Below, in pieces: positions 9,023 to 18,624 of a stretch of 64,000 nt of DNA; within the stretch, counting starts at the first letter, position 1, and the number at the start of each line of letters is the position of its first letter. Source of the stretch: a virus; IMG/VR virus record IMGVR_UViG_3300025131_000007, positions 32,001 through 96,000 of that record. One strand, given 5' to 3'. A program made the translations under genes and the position numbers. The notes beneath the pieces were generated by a model. It saw only the letters and a program-made list of their open reading frames with translations. It made no database searches and was not told the DNA's origin.

Positions 9023-9887
9023 GAATTTTGATTTTGCACAATTACCGTTCACTAAGAGCGAACTAACCCTTGAAGAAGTGGGGATGTTGTCTTCTAATAT
9101 TGAGGATATCGATTTTGCGATAACAGATTGGATAAAAAATGATTTGCGTATTACCACCCTTACTAACGAAGGTCTTTTAATGGTTCCGGTGTTGTGGCAA
9201 GTGCCCGAAAGGTCTTATCAAATTAAACATAAGAAAGCACTGCGAGATGATGCTGGCGCGCTTAAATTGCCTTTGATATCTGTTGATCGAATTGCGATTC
9301 TTAAAGATCCCCAACGAAAAGGTGGTCTTCAAGCTAACTTGTTTGCGACTCAAAAAAATGGGCTTCCTGGTCGTTTTGTTATCGCTCGTCGTATTGTTCA
9401 AGACAAGACGCGAAACTTTGCTGTGGCAGCCGGCACCCGAACAAACACTTCAGGAACTGAACAGCGGTATTATCCGCGAGTTAATAAAAAGGTAGTTGTG
9501 CAAACCGTGTCTATTCCTCTTCCCACTTATGTCAATGTGGAATATAAGATAGTATTAAAGTCAGAATATCAACAACAGATGAATGATATGATTGCCCCTT
9601 TTGTGGTTCGCCCCGGTCAAATTAACACTTTTGTAATGAAAAGAAATGGTCACATTTATGAAGGATTTGTGCAACAAGAATATACTCACTCTAACAATGT
9701 GGCTAATTTGGGGGAAGATATGCGCATGTTTAATACAGAGATTACCATCCGAGTTTTGGGATATCTGGTTGGAGAGGGCGCTAGCTCCGATCAGCCGATT
9801 GTGCGTGTTGATGAAAATACCGTAGAATATCAATTCCCTAGTGAATCGGTAGTGCCTGCCGGTAACTTTAATTTATTTGAAAAGTAG
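9012..9887 (+). CDS. tail terminator / sheath stabiliser (T4 gp15-like)
   Basis: LKLPLIS and IPLPTYVNVEY..YQQQMN motifs, located between neck and sheath. ATG 9012 is preferred over TTG 8967. Confidence 0.65.
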   Translation: MLPKNFDFAQLPFTKSELTLEEVGMLSSNIEDIDFAITDWIKNDLRITTLTNEGLLMVPVLWQVPERSYQIKHKKALRDDAGALKLPLISVDRIAILKDPQRKGGLQANLFATQKNGLPGRFVIARRIVQDKTRNFAVAAGTRTNTSGTEQRYYPRVNKKVVVQTVSIPLPTYVNVEYKIVLKSEYQQQMNDMIAPFVVRPGQINTFVMKRNGHIYEGFVQQEYTHSNNVANLGEDMRMFNTEITIRVLGYLVGEGASSDQPIVRVDENTVEYQFPSESVVPAGNFNLFEK

Positions 9888-9946
9888 GTCCCGAACTGAA
9901 AAGTCATTTTTCTTCCGCGCCCCCACTCCTTTTGAAAATAAAAATA

Positions 9947-9953
9947 CTATTTA
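9947..9953 (+). promoter_or_regulatory. putative late promoter motif (CTATTTA)
   Basis: Intergenic, upstream of the sheath gene. Confidence 0.6.
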
Positions 9954-10016
9954 TTTAATGATCAAGGTGGCACATTAATAGCCATTTTTAAGCGTTTTTA
10001 TAAGGAAATAACCAAC

Positions 10017-12914
10017 ATGTCAGTAAAGAAATTCAAATTTGTATCTCCTGGAGTGTTTATTAACGAGATTGACAACTCTTTTGTTCCTAAATCTGCAGAA
10101 GCCATAGGCCCAGTGGTGATTGGAAGATCAACACGCGGGATTGCAATGGAGCCAACCAAGGTGCAGTCTTACTCTGATTTTGTGGAAAAATTTGGTGACA
10201 CCGTTCCGGGTAATGGTGGGGGTGATATCTATCGAGATGGAAACCTACAATCCCCGATGTATGGAACTTATTCCGCAAAAGCTTTTTTGAAAGCTAACGT
10301 TGCTCCTTTAACCTATATTAGATTGCTAGGAAGAGAGCACACACAAGCCGACACCGACGGCCAAGCAGGGTGGAAATGTCTGAAGACCCCATCCAAAGTC
10401 GATGTGTGGCATAACGGTGGAGCATATGGTCTTTTTGTGTGGCTCAGCAGTTCACTCACCGTTGGCGAAGCGGATGGCGGCTCGGCTATCGGAACAGGAA
10501 GTTTGGCAGCAGTGTTTTATGCCAATAGTGGTTCTCTTATCACTCTCTCAGGAAATGTCATTGACGGAACAGCGGGAACCGATATTACGGGCGGATTAGC
10601 TACTGCGATTAACAGTGATAGCAGCAATAGATTATTGGCTGAGATTAATTATGCTACCGGCCCTGCCGCGTCGACCAATGCCACTACGAAACAGATTTTG
10701 TTTAATTTTGACGATACTAGCGATGATTACATTCGCAATAAGTTTAACACCAATCCTCAATTAACGGCTGGTCCCGCCGGAACGTTTTATCCCAGTAGTT
10801 CTTATACAGGCTATTGGCTTGGGGAGACCTTCGATCAAGAACTCCGGATGATGGGTGTAAGTGCTAACACTTCACTGATTGGGGCAATATATCCTATCGC
10901 TCTCAGCGGCGCTGCCACCACCGGCCTTGCGACCATGAAGCAAAGCTTCCGCAATGACACCGCCGGCTGGTTTATTGGTCAGGATTTGGGCAGAGCTATT
11001 GATTTTAACCCCCAATTGTCGCAGAAATTATTCCGATTGCGCGGAAGAAATCAGGGTGCGTGGTTGCATGAAAATTGTAAGGTTTCGATTGAAAAAATTC
11101 GTCAATCTAATTCTTCTGCCACCGAATACGGAACGTTTTCAGTAGTGATTAGGAACTTGTTTGATACTGACAACAACATCGAAGTAATGGAAAGATTCGA
11201 TAATTGCACGTTGGATCCCGCGTCTCCTAATTTTATTGCGCGCAAAATTGGCGATATGTATCACACGTGGGATACAACCTCTCGCCGGCTGAAGAGGTAT
11301 GGAGAGTATGCTAATAGTTCTCAACTGATATATGTAGAAATGAACGCTGATGTAGAAGTAGGTGCCACAGATGCCACTCTGCTGCCCTTCGGATATTTTG
11401 CACCTCCAAAGTTTTCTGATCTCGAGCAGGTTACAGGGCTCATGACGGATACTGCCGGTAATCCGATGAGTGCTTCATTTCTATATATGGGCGATGGTGC
11501 TATTACGGGGTCAAATAAGGGATTTAGCATGATTGCCGGCGTTGAGGGATTGTTTGCCACTGCCAGCTTTAACTTTCCGCCGCACCGAATGCGTGTTTCT
11601 GCGTCTGACGGCGGATTGTCGGATTTGACCAATGCTTATTTCGGATTCAGCACAACGAGAACGTCTACCTCCACACGTAGTGATAAAAACGTGGGCTTCT
11701 TGGGAAGACTTCTGTATCAAGATTTCCCCGATGATCCCACCAACGGCACTATCGAAGGTGTTGACGGCTTTGGTGCAGTCTTTTCGATGAATGATTTATC
11801 ATCTTCTACGAATGGTTATTCATATGTATCGGGATCCCGCGCCAATCAGACATCAGCCGGGTCTTACACCACAATTTTGAATGCTGGTTATGATCAATTT
11901 ACGGCTCCATTTTGGGGAGGTTTTGATGGTTTAAATATTGAGGTACCCGATCCGTTTTATAACAATGGAATGACGAGCGCCACCGAGACGACCAGTTATG
12001 CCTACAATACCCTTAAAGAGGCGATTGATACAGTCGCAGATCCGGAATTTGTAAATATGAATCTGTTGACTACTCCAGGGCTCACTAATACAGCTTTGAC
12101 GCAACATATGATAAATATATCTCAAGAACGAGCCGACACCATGGCATTGATTGATTTGCCGAACGTTTATATTCCGGCGCATGAGCAATACGAGTCTAAC
12201 AAATCTGATAGAATCGGAACTACCCCACGCAATGCTGCAATTGCATTGAGAAACAGGGCAATTGATTCGAGCTATGGAGCAACATTTTATCCTTGGGTGC
12301 AAACCGTTGATGCCACAACTAGCCAAACAGTCTGGATTCCACCTTCTGTGGCAATGCTCGGTGTCTTAGCTAGTTCTCAGGCTAAATCTGATGTTTGGTT
12401 TGCTCCCGCTGGCTTTAATCGCGGCGGTCTGACCGATGGGGCGGCAGGCATACCCATAACTAACGTGACTGAACGCGTTATCTCCAAAGATCGAGACATT
12501 CTTTATGAAGCACGAATTAACCCAATTGCCTCCTTCCCTTCAACCGGAATCGTGGTGTTTGGGCAAAAGACACTTCAGGAACGACAGTCGGCATTGGATA
12601 GAATCAACGTTCGTCGTTTGGTTATCTACCTTAAAAAGCAGATTTCGATCCTCGCTTCTCAAGTGCTCTTTGAACAAAATGTTCAAGCCACATGGAATCG
12701 ATTTAAATCAATGATTGAGCCTTTCTTGGCAAATGTCAAAGTTCAGTTCGGTATTACCGACTACAAGTTGATCCTTGACGAATCGACGACGACTCCCGAC
12801 TTGATTGATCAGAACATTATGTATGCGAAGATTATGATTAAGCCGGCTCGTGCTATTGAATACATTGCAATCGATTTTGTGGTGACTTCAACAGGTGCTT
12901 CATTTGACGATTAA
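10017..12914 (+). CDS. contractile tail sheath protein (T4 gp18 family)
   Basis: VSPGVFINEID, WFAPAGFNRG, INPIASF, FGQKTLQ, LDRINVRRL and IKPARAIEYI motifs. Confidence 0.95.
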   Translation: MSVKKFKFVSPGVFINEIDNSFVPKSAEAIGPVVIGRSTRGIAMEPTKVQSYSDFVEKFGDTVPGNGGGDIYRDGNLQSPMYGTYSAKAFLKANVAPLTYIRLLGREHTQADTDGQAGWKCLKTPSKVDVWHNGGAYGLFVWLSSSLTVGEADGGSAIGTGSLAAVFYANSGSLITLSGNVIDGTAGTDITGGLATAINSDSSNRLLAEINYATGPAASTNATTKQILFNFDDTSDDYIRNKFNTNPQLTAGPAGTFYPSSSYTGYWLGETFDQELRMMGVSANTSLIGAIYPIALSGAATTGLATMKQSFRNDTAGWFIGQDLGRAIDFNPQLSQKLFRLRGRNQGAWLHENCKVSIEKIRQSNSSATEYGTFSVVIRNLFDTDNNIEVMERFDNCTLDPASPNFIARKIGDMYHTWDTTSRRLKRYGEYANSSQLIYVEMNADVEVGATDATLLPFGYFAPPKFSDLEQVTGLMTDTAGNPMSASFLYMGDGAITGSNKGFSMIAGVEGLFATASFNFPPHRMRVSASDGGLSDLTNAYFGFSTTRTSTSTRSDKNVGFLGRLLYQDFPDDPTNGTIEGVDGFGAVFSMNDLSSSTNGYSYVSGSRANQTSAGSYTTILNAGYDQFTAPFWGGFDGLNIEVPDPFYNNGMTSATETTSYAYNTLKEAIDTVADPEFVNMNLLTTPGLTNTALTQHMINISQERADTMALIDLPNVYIPAHEQYESNKSDRIGTTPRNAAIALRNRAIDSSYGATFYPWVQTVDATTSQTVWIPPSVAMLGVLASSQAKSDVWFAPAGFNRGGLTDGAAGIPITNVTERVISKDRDILYEARINPIASFPSTGIVVFGQKTLQERQSALDRINVRRLVIYLKKQISILASQVLFEQNVQATWNRFKSMIEPFLANVKVQFGITDYKLILDESTTTPDLIDQNIMYAKIMIKPARAIEYIAIDFVVTSTGASFDD

Positions 12915-12946
12915 CATCGCAGGGGGGAATAAAACCCCTCATCTAA

Positions 12947-12953
12947 CTATTTA
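12947..12953 (+). promoter_or_regulatory. putative late promoter motif (CTATTTA)
   Basis: Intergenic, upstream of the tube gene. Confidence 0.6.
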
Positions 12954-12984
12954 AAAATAGAACTTAAAAAGGAGTTACAAAACG

Positions 12985-13572
12985 ATGCCATTCTGGTCCA
13001 CAAATTTCGGGGAAGATTCCACCTTACAAGATCCTAAAAGGAAATTTAGATTTATTGTTGAATTTCAAGGAATCAACGATCAAAACGGAGGCGGAGCGGT
13101 TCTTTGGTATGCGAAGACTGTGGATAAGCCGAGTTTTACTATTAATAGCGCAGAACACAAATACTTGAATCACACATTTTATTATCCTGGTTCGGTAACC
13201 TGGAACGAGGTCGCCCTTACTTTGGTCGATCCTGTAGATCCGGATATGACTGCTACTTTATCAGATATTGTTCAAGCTAGTGGATATAGCCCACCTACGG
13301 ATGCTAATTCTTTGACAACAATGTCGAAAGCAAAATCGGCAGCAGCCTTGGGCTCCGTATTGATTCAACAATTGAATGCAGAAGGATCTCCTATTGAAAC
13401 ATGGACCTTGTGGAATTCTTTTATCTCAGATCTAAAATATGGTGAATTGGCTTATGGTGACGATGAACTCAATGAGCTTACCGTCACGCTCAAATATGAT
13501 TGGGCACGAGTCGCTACCAGCAATCCATCACGAGCCGTAGTTGGCGGTGGTGATACATTCTTTAACGTATAG
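12985..13572 (+). CDS. tail tube protein (T4 gp19 family)
   Basis: PKRKFRF, YYPG.VTW, ETWTL and LTVTLKYDWA motifs; follows the sheath gene. Confidence 0.9.
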   Translation: MPFWSTNFGEDSTLQDPKRKFRFIVEFQGINDQNGGGAVLWYAKTVDKPSFTINSAEHKYLNHTFYYPGSVTWNEVALTLVDPVDPDMTATLSDIVQASGYSPPTDANSLTTMSKAKSAAALGSVLIQQLNAEGSPIETWTLWNSFISDLKYGELAYGDDELNELTVTLKYDWARVATSNPSRAVVGGGDTFFNV

Positions 13573-13592
13573 AATAAACAGAGAGGTGATAT

Positions 13593-14453
13593 TTGTCACG
13601 TAATAAAGATAGGCTTGGAATGGGAAATCCACAGCCTCAAAACATCCCTACCCCTCCACAACAAAGTAAAGCGCCCGGGGAGGGGTTTTCCTTTGTAGTT
13701 CCTACCGAATTTGTGGAGCTTCCTTCTAAAGGGCGATTCTATTCCCCTGATCACCCGTTACATATGAAAGAGACGGTGGAAATTAAACAAATGACAGCGA
13801 AGGAAGAAGATTTGTTGACTTCCCGGTCATTGTTAAAAAAAGGAGTAGCCCTGGAGCGCGTCATAGAGAGCGTATTGGTAGGTAAAAACATAAACCCTGC
13901 GACCCTACTGGTTGGCGATCGAAACGCTATTGTGGTGGCACTACGGGTGTCAGGTTACGGCAACGACTATGAGACTCATGTGTCATGTCCCGCATGTGGA
14001 TCCCAACAGAAATATGAATTTGACCTTAATGAGATTGAGGTTTACGATGGAGACTCTGAGGTAGATCCCACCACCGAGCATTTGGGAAATGGCTTTTTCT
14101 CGACAAAGCTTCCTCAAACAGAGGTGACTGTAGTTTTTCGCCTGTTGAGTGGCGCTGATGAACAGCGAGCTTTTAAACAATTTAGTGGAGCAAAAAAGCG
14201 TCAAAAAGATGAAAACCTCATCACTTCACAGTTACGCACGATGATAGTGTCAGTTAACGATAGTCAAGAGCCGGGAGATATCCACTATGTGGTGGAAAAC
14301 ATGCCCAGTTCTGACGCACGTCATCTTCGTTTGGCGTATAAACTTAGCGCTCCTAACTTGGATATGACCCAAGATTTTGCATGCACCTCTTGTGGCCAAG
14401 AACAGGAACTGGAGGTTCCGCTGACTGCGGACTTTTTTTGGCCTGACCGATGA
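13593..14453 (+). CDS. tail assembly chaperone / T4 gp26-like hub assembly protein
   Basis: VELPSKG.FY, MTAKEED.L, GDRNAI and two CxxC motifs, ending DFFWP; lies between tube and tape measure. Confidence 0.75.
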   Translation: MSRNKDRLGMGNPQPQNIPTPPQQSKAPGEGFSFVVPTEFVELPSKGRFYSPDHPLHMKETVEIKQMTAKEEDLLTSRSLLKKGVALERVIESVLVGKNINPATLLVGDRNAIVVALRVSGYGNDYETHVSCPACGSQQKYEFDLNEIEVYDGDSEVDPTTEHLGNGFFSTKLPQTEVTVVFRLLSGADEQRAFKQFSGAKKRQKDENLITSQLRTMIVSVNDSQEPGDIHYVVENMPSSDARHLRLAYKLSAPNLDMTQDFACTSCGQEQELEVPLTADFFWPDR

Positions 14454-14703
14454 ATACAATGAAAATGTATATGAACAATTCTTTTTCCTAAAGTATTCAG
14501 GAGGATGGTCATTTTCGGAAGCCTATAATTTACCGATTGGATTGCGTCGGTGGTTTGTAGAGCGACTTATTAAACAAATTGAAATGGAGAATGAGGCGAT
14601 TCGCAAATCATCCAAAGGAGGTGGTGGTCGTTCTCAGACGTTGAGTGCTCACAATCAGCCATCTACGCCGCCTAATATTGCGAGAAGCAGAAGACAGGGA
14701 TAA
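14440..14703 (+). CDS. frameshift extension of the tail assembly chaperone (GT-like)
   Basis: Start-less +1-frame ORF (GLTDEYNENVYEQFFFLKYSGGWSFSEAYNLPIGLRRWFVERL...) beginning at the T7 run 14433-14439. Absent from the ORF track. Confidence 0.7.
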   Translation, partial: GLTDEYNENVYEQFFFLKYSGGWSFSEAYNLPIGLRRWFVERLIKQIEMENEAIRKSSKGGGGRSQTLSAHNQPSTPPNIARSRRQG

Positions 14704-14717
14704 ATCCTGTCTTTTTT
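14692..14717 (+). terminator. Rho-independent terminator
   Basis: AGACAGG-N7-CCTGTCT plus a T run, overlapping stop 14701-14703. Confidence 0.75.
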
Positions 14718-14726
14718 GTTGTTTAA

Positions 14727-14733
14727 CTAATTA
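14727..14733 (+). promoter_or_regulatory. putative late promoter motif (CTAATTA)
   Basis: After the terminator and upstream of the tape measure gene. Confidence 0.55.
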
Positions 14734-14754
14734 TTTCAAGAAGGAACAGCAAGC

Positions 14755-17112
14755 ATGGCAGATAGAGTAAGCGACGAAGCAGCACTTTGGGTTGCAGCCA
14801 AAGAATCCTTGGAGGAATACAAGGAAGAACTGCGTACCATGCGGGCGGCCGGTAGCGTTTATAGCACTGCCGAAAAAGATGCCCAGCAAGACAAGATCGA
14901 GCTTCAAAATGAGTTCTTAGCTTTGTTGAAAGAAGAGGGCGCGCAAGAAGCAGAAAATATTGAAAAATTACGAGATAAAGAAGCTCTTAATGATCGCATC
15001 TTAGGCGAAGAGTTAACTCGTTTTCAACGCCGCGAAGTAGACAGAATAAAGCAGCGAGACGAAGACGAAAGACGAAAGAAGGAAATAAAATTTCTTTTAG
15101 ATCGTGTCAATAATTTGACCGCAGCAGAAGAAAAGCGCCTAAAACTTCTTATCGCAGACAATGCTGAAGCAGAAAAGCGCAACGATTATTTGCGTGAGGC
15201 TAAAGACTTAGCCGGCAGTATCGCTAGTTCTTTTAATAGCTACGGCAAACATCCATTTTTTAATGTTAACACCATAGCCAACATAACAGGCGCGATGAAA
15301 AACTTCGGAGAATTCGTAGCCAACACTCTGGAAGGAGCGGCGTTTGGTGTTATAGATTCCATGCTGAATCTCATTTTTGAAATGAACAAACACGAAGCCG
15401 CACTGAAGAAGGCTGTGCGAGCGTCTGATGATTTTAATTCTAGTTTGAGAGACACCTATAGCGAGGTGCGAGCGAACGTTGTATCCATGGATACGTTTTA
15501 TGAATCAGTGGAGGATTTAGCTAAAGGATTTACAGACTTTACGCAAATATCACAATCCTCCGCTAACGAGGTGGCAAAAATTACTTCCACAATGATCCAA
15601 GCGGGTCACAGCAGTAAAGCTCTCACCAAAGATATACAATTATTGACAGTTTCGTTTGGAATGCTGCCAAAACAAGCCACCCAAACGTTGCTGGAATTAG
15701 AGGCGTTTGCTGATGATATCGGTCTGCCAGCACCCCAACTAACGGAGAAATTTGGTGCTTTAGGGGCAGAACTAACAAAGCTGGGTCAAGACGGCGTTCG
15801 CGCATTTAAAGATTTGGCAAGAGTTTTCAAGATCACAGGCTTGGAGATGGATAAAATTCTGAAGATGACAAATCGCTTTGACACCTTTGAAGGCGCGGCA
15901 GATCAAGCAGGTCGTCTTAACGCGGCTATTGGCGGCAACTTTGTGAATGCTATGGATTTAATGACAGCAACGGATCCGATTGAGCGTTTTGAAATGTTGC
16001 GCAATTCTCTGCTTCAAGCGGGATTAGAATTTGATAACATGTCTTATTATCAACGTATCTTTTTTAAGGAATCTCTGGGTCTAGAAAGCGTGGCAGATTT
16101 GGCGGCGATGATGCGTGGAGATTTATCTTCGTTGGATGCGGAAATAGGTCAGAATGCCGCCTCATATGAAGAGATGGCAAAAAAAGCCAAGGAATCTGCT
16201 GATTTTCAAGCGAGACTCAATGCACTCATGCAACAGATGATACCGGTTTTGGGCGGCGTTATTGATGGAATCGATCGCGCCCTCGATAGTTTAGAGCGAG
16301 GTAATCCAAATTTGATTGACGTATTTAAACTCTTGGGTTCTATCATGGGGGCAATGATTGAGCACTGGGAAGCGACCTTAACTATTCTTGCCGCCTGGAA
16401 GGTGGGGATCCCCCTTGCGACCTTCTTGTGGGCGCAATTTGGAACCGCATCAACGGCTGCAGCCACAGGTAGCACCGCCATGAGCGCCGCAATTGGCCGC
16501 GTTGGCGCTGCGGCGGTGAGAGCGACACCGGGGCTTCTCATTCTTACTGGTGTGTTTGCTGCGATTGGTCTGGCAGCCTTGGGTATTGGAGCGGTTTTTT
16601 CTGGATTGGCATCGATGCTATCTGCGTTTGATTCCGATAAGTTATGGGATTTGAGCAAATGGATCGCGTCAGTTAATGTAGGAACTATCATGTTTTGGAA
16701 TGCTTCGCGCGCCATCGGCTCTTTAGCTGAATCTATAGGGGAAGTCGGTGAGGCACTAAACAATTTAGATGCCGGCAAAATGAGAGCCATTGCACAATTG
16801 TCGAAAATTGCTACCGTCGGAGCGTCAATTCCGAAAGCCGCACAAATTGAATTAGCAGATGCTATTAACACTGCGGTAAGTATGCCGGTGGTGCTGGGTG
16901 CAGCCCAGGCGACTTTGGGGGCTGGCGGTGGCGGAGGAACGACTGATAAAGTGGTGCTCTATGCTGAAATTCCGGTGTATGTAGATGGAAAAGAAATCGA
17001 GAGAAAAACATTAAAAAGCATCGCCACGTCAAAGAAGCGGAGCGTGATGAGTTCGTTGGTGAACGCTGGAATTCCCCCGGGGGCTGGCACAAGCACCCCT
17101 GGGAGACCTTGA
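14755..17112 (+). CDS. tape measure protein
   Basis: Long helical Ala-rich protein with hydrophobic segments, located after the chaperone. Confidence 0.8.
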   Translation: MADRVSDEAALWVAAKESLEEYKEELRTMRAAGSVYSTAEKDAQQDKIELQNEFLALLKEEGAQEAENIEKLRDKEALNDRILGEELTRFQRREVDRIKQRDEDERRKKEIKFLLDRVNNLTAAEEKRLKLLIADNAEAEKRNDYLREAKDLAGSIASSFNSYGKHPFFNVNTIANITGAMKNFGEFVANTLEGAAFGVIDSMLNLIFEMNKHEAALKKAVRASDDFNSSLRDTYSEVRANVVSMDTFYESVEDLAKGFTDFTQISQSSANEVAKITSTMIQAGHSSKALTKDIQLLTVSFGMLPKQATQTLLELEAFADDIGLPAPQLTEKFGALGAELTKLGQDGVRAFKDLARVFKITGLEMDKILKMTNRFDTFEGAADQAGRLNAAIGGNFVNAMDLMTATDPIERFEMLRNSLLQAGLEFDNMSYYQRIFFKESLGLESVADLAAMMRGDLSSLDAEIGQNAASYEEMAKKAKESADFQARLNALMQQMIPVLGGVIDGIDRALDSLERGNPNLIDVFKLLGSIMGAMIEHWEATLTILAAWKVGIPLATFLWAQFGTASTAAATGSTAMSAAIGRVGAAAVRATPGLLILTGVFAAIGLAALGIGAVFSGLASMLSAFDSDKLWDLSKWIASVNVGTIMFWNASRAIGSLAESIGEVGEALNNLDAGKMRAIAQLSKIATVGASIPKAAQIELADAINTAVSMPVVLGAAQATLGAGGGGGTTDKVVLYAEIPVYVDGKEIERKTLKSIATSKKRSVMSSLVNAGIPPGAGTSTPGRP

Positions 17113-17156
17113 GAATAGATAGTTTAGGCGACGACAATTAGAAAGGAAACACATAA

Positions 17157-18263
17157 ATGACGGTTAATAATAAATTCTTTAATGCATCCAAGCTTGGTGT
17201 GCGAAACAAGATAGTAATGGATAATGGCGACGAACGCTATTTTGCTGATGGATCCGATTCGTATGCGAATATGGGATTTTATATCTCTTTTCATCATGTT
17301 CCCAGTGAAGAAGAAGTCGCATTTAAGGCATTTATTAATTCTTTTCAAGAAAATTATGCATGCGATTGGGCAGAGGAAAGCGTCTACGGCCGCCCCGATG
17401 CGATTTATACCTACAAGGGCACCAATCGACGTTTAGCTATATCATTTTTGATTCCCGCTGCCACGATGAGTGAGGGTTTTGAAAACTTAGCTACTGTTCA
17501 AAAATTAATGCAATTTTTATATCCTACATATGTGGGCCCACGCAGTGCTCAAACTATTTCTCAATCGCCCTTAATGCGTATGCGAGTGATGAATTTGTTT
17601 GCCAACCGCTCAGGTGTTCATTCTGAGATAGCCGAAGGCGAACTAACTGCGGAAGAACGCGCTCCTTCATCCTATGACGATATGGTAAAATCAACAAATG
17701 ATAGCATTTGGCAACAAGGGCTCCTGGGTGCGGTTTCCAGTGTTAATGTAAACCACAACTTAGACAATCCGAACACAGGAGTGTTTGAATTTGCTCCCGG
17801 AGTAATTGTGCCTAAATTGATAGAAATTAATCTAGATTTCAATGTGATCCATGAACATCCAGTGGGGTGGCGTGGTGACAAACAATTTATGCAACCTTTG
17901 TTTCCTTACGGGGTTAATTTGGATGCAAGTGTTCCCAGGAGTGTAGATGATCTCAAACGCCAAGAAAACCAACTAGCAGCCGACACCAAAAAGCGCCGCG
18001 ATCAGCGTTTGGCGGAAACCGGAAAACCACTTTCCGAACAAGTCATGCAAAATTTAAAAGCAGAATATGGAAAACTTTTGGATAGCATGACGTGGAGCGG
18101 AACGGGCGATACGACTACACGTTATGCGGCTGTTGGCCCCGGAGCACAAGGTCAAACCACAACGTCGCTGAAAGAGGGCCCTGATGTGGAGGGGAACGTG
18201 GTTTACGAAAAGACCACCTCATTTAAGTGGGGAACAACAACAGTAACCGACGACAAACCGTGA
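17157..18263 (+). CDS. baseplate tube-initiator-like protein
   Basis: F.ENY..DW.EESVYGRPDAIYTYKGT.R and P.LIEINLDF.VIHE; a tube-like fold gene after the tape measure. Confidence 0.6.
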   Translation: MTVNNKFFNASKLGVRNKIVMDNGDERYFADGSDSYANMGFYISFHHVPSEEEVAFKAFINSFQENYACDWAEESVYGRPDAIYTYKGTNRRLAISFLIPAATMSEGFENLATVQKLMQFLYPTYVGPRSAQTISQSPLMRMRVMNLFANRSGVHSEIAEGELTAEERAPSSYDDMVKSTNDSIWQQGLLGAVSSVNVNHNLDNPNTGVFEFAPGVIVPKLIEINLDFNVIHEHPVGWRGDKQFMQPLFPYGVNLDASVPRSVDDLKRQENQLAADTKKRRDQRLAETGKPLSEQVMQNLKAEYGKLLDSMTWSGTGDTTTRYAAVGPGAQGQTTTSLKEGPDVEGNVVYEKTTSFKWGTTTVTDDKP

Positions 18264-18280
18264 GTCGAGGAAATTAAACT

Positions 18281-18622
18281 ATGCCGAGATACAAATACAC
18301 ACCTATACTAAATAATGACATTGAATTCTACGAATTCCTTCGCAAGAAAAGAAACAATATCAAAAACATTGTTCAATACGATACGCAGATAATGTATAAC
18401 CCCAGCGTAAGGGATCGCATGAACCTCGTTTCAGAAAAACACGTCTGGAAATACGGTGATAGGTTTTATAAACTGGCAGACCAATATTATAGCGATGTTA
18501 ACTATTGGTGGGTGATTGCGTGGTATAATGGATATATGACCGAAGTAGATATATTTCCCGGCGATGTTATTTCTATTCCGCTGGATCTCGAAAGAGCGCT
18601 GATGGCGCTAGGGAGCTATTAG
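18281..18622 (+). CDS. baseplate wedge protein with LysM-like domain (gp53/tail X-like)
   Basis: HVWKYGDRFYKLADQYY..YWWVIAWYN..GDVISIP. Confidence 0.75.
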   Translation: MPRYKYTPILNNDIEFYEFLRKKRNNIKNIVQYDTQIMYNPSVRDRMNLVSEKHVWKYGDRFYKLADQYYSDVNYWWVIAWYNGYMTEVDIFPGDVISIPLDLERALMALGSY

Positions 18623-18624
18623 GG

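Noticed and set aside
12921-12939. AGGGG..CCCCT hairpin after the sheath gene as a terminator
   Set aside because: Short stem with no U tract; not enough support.
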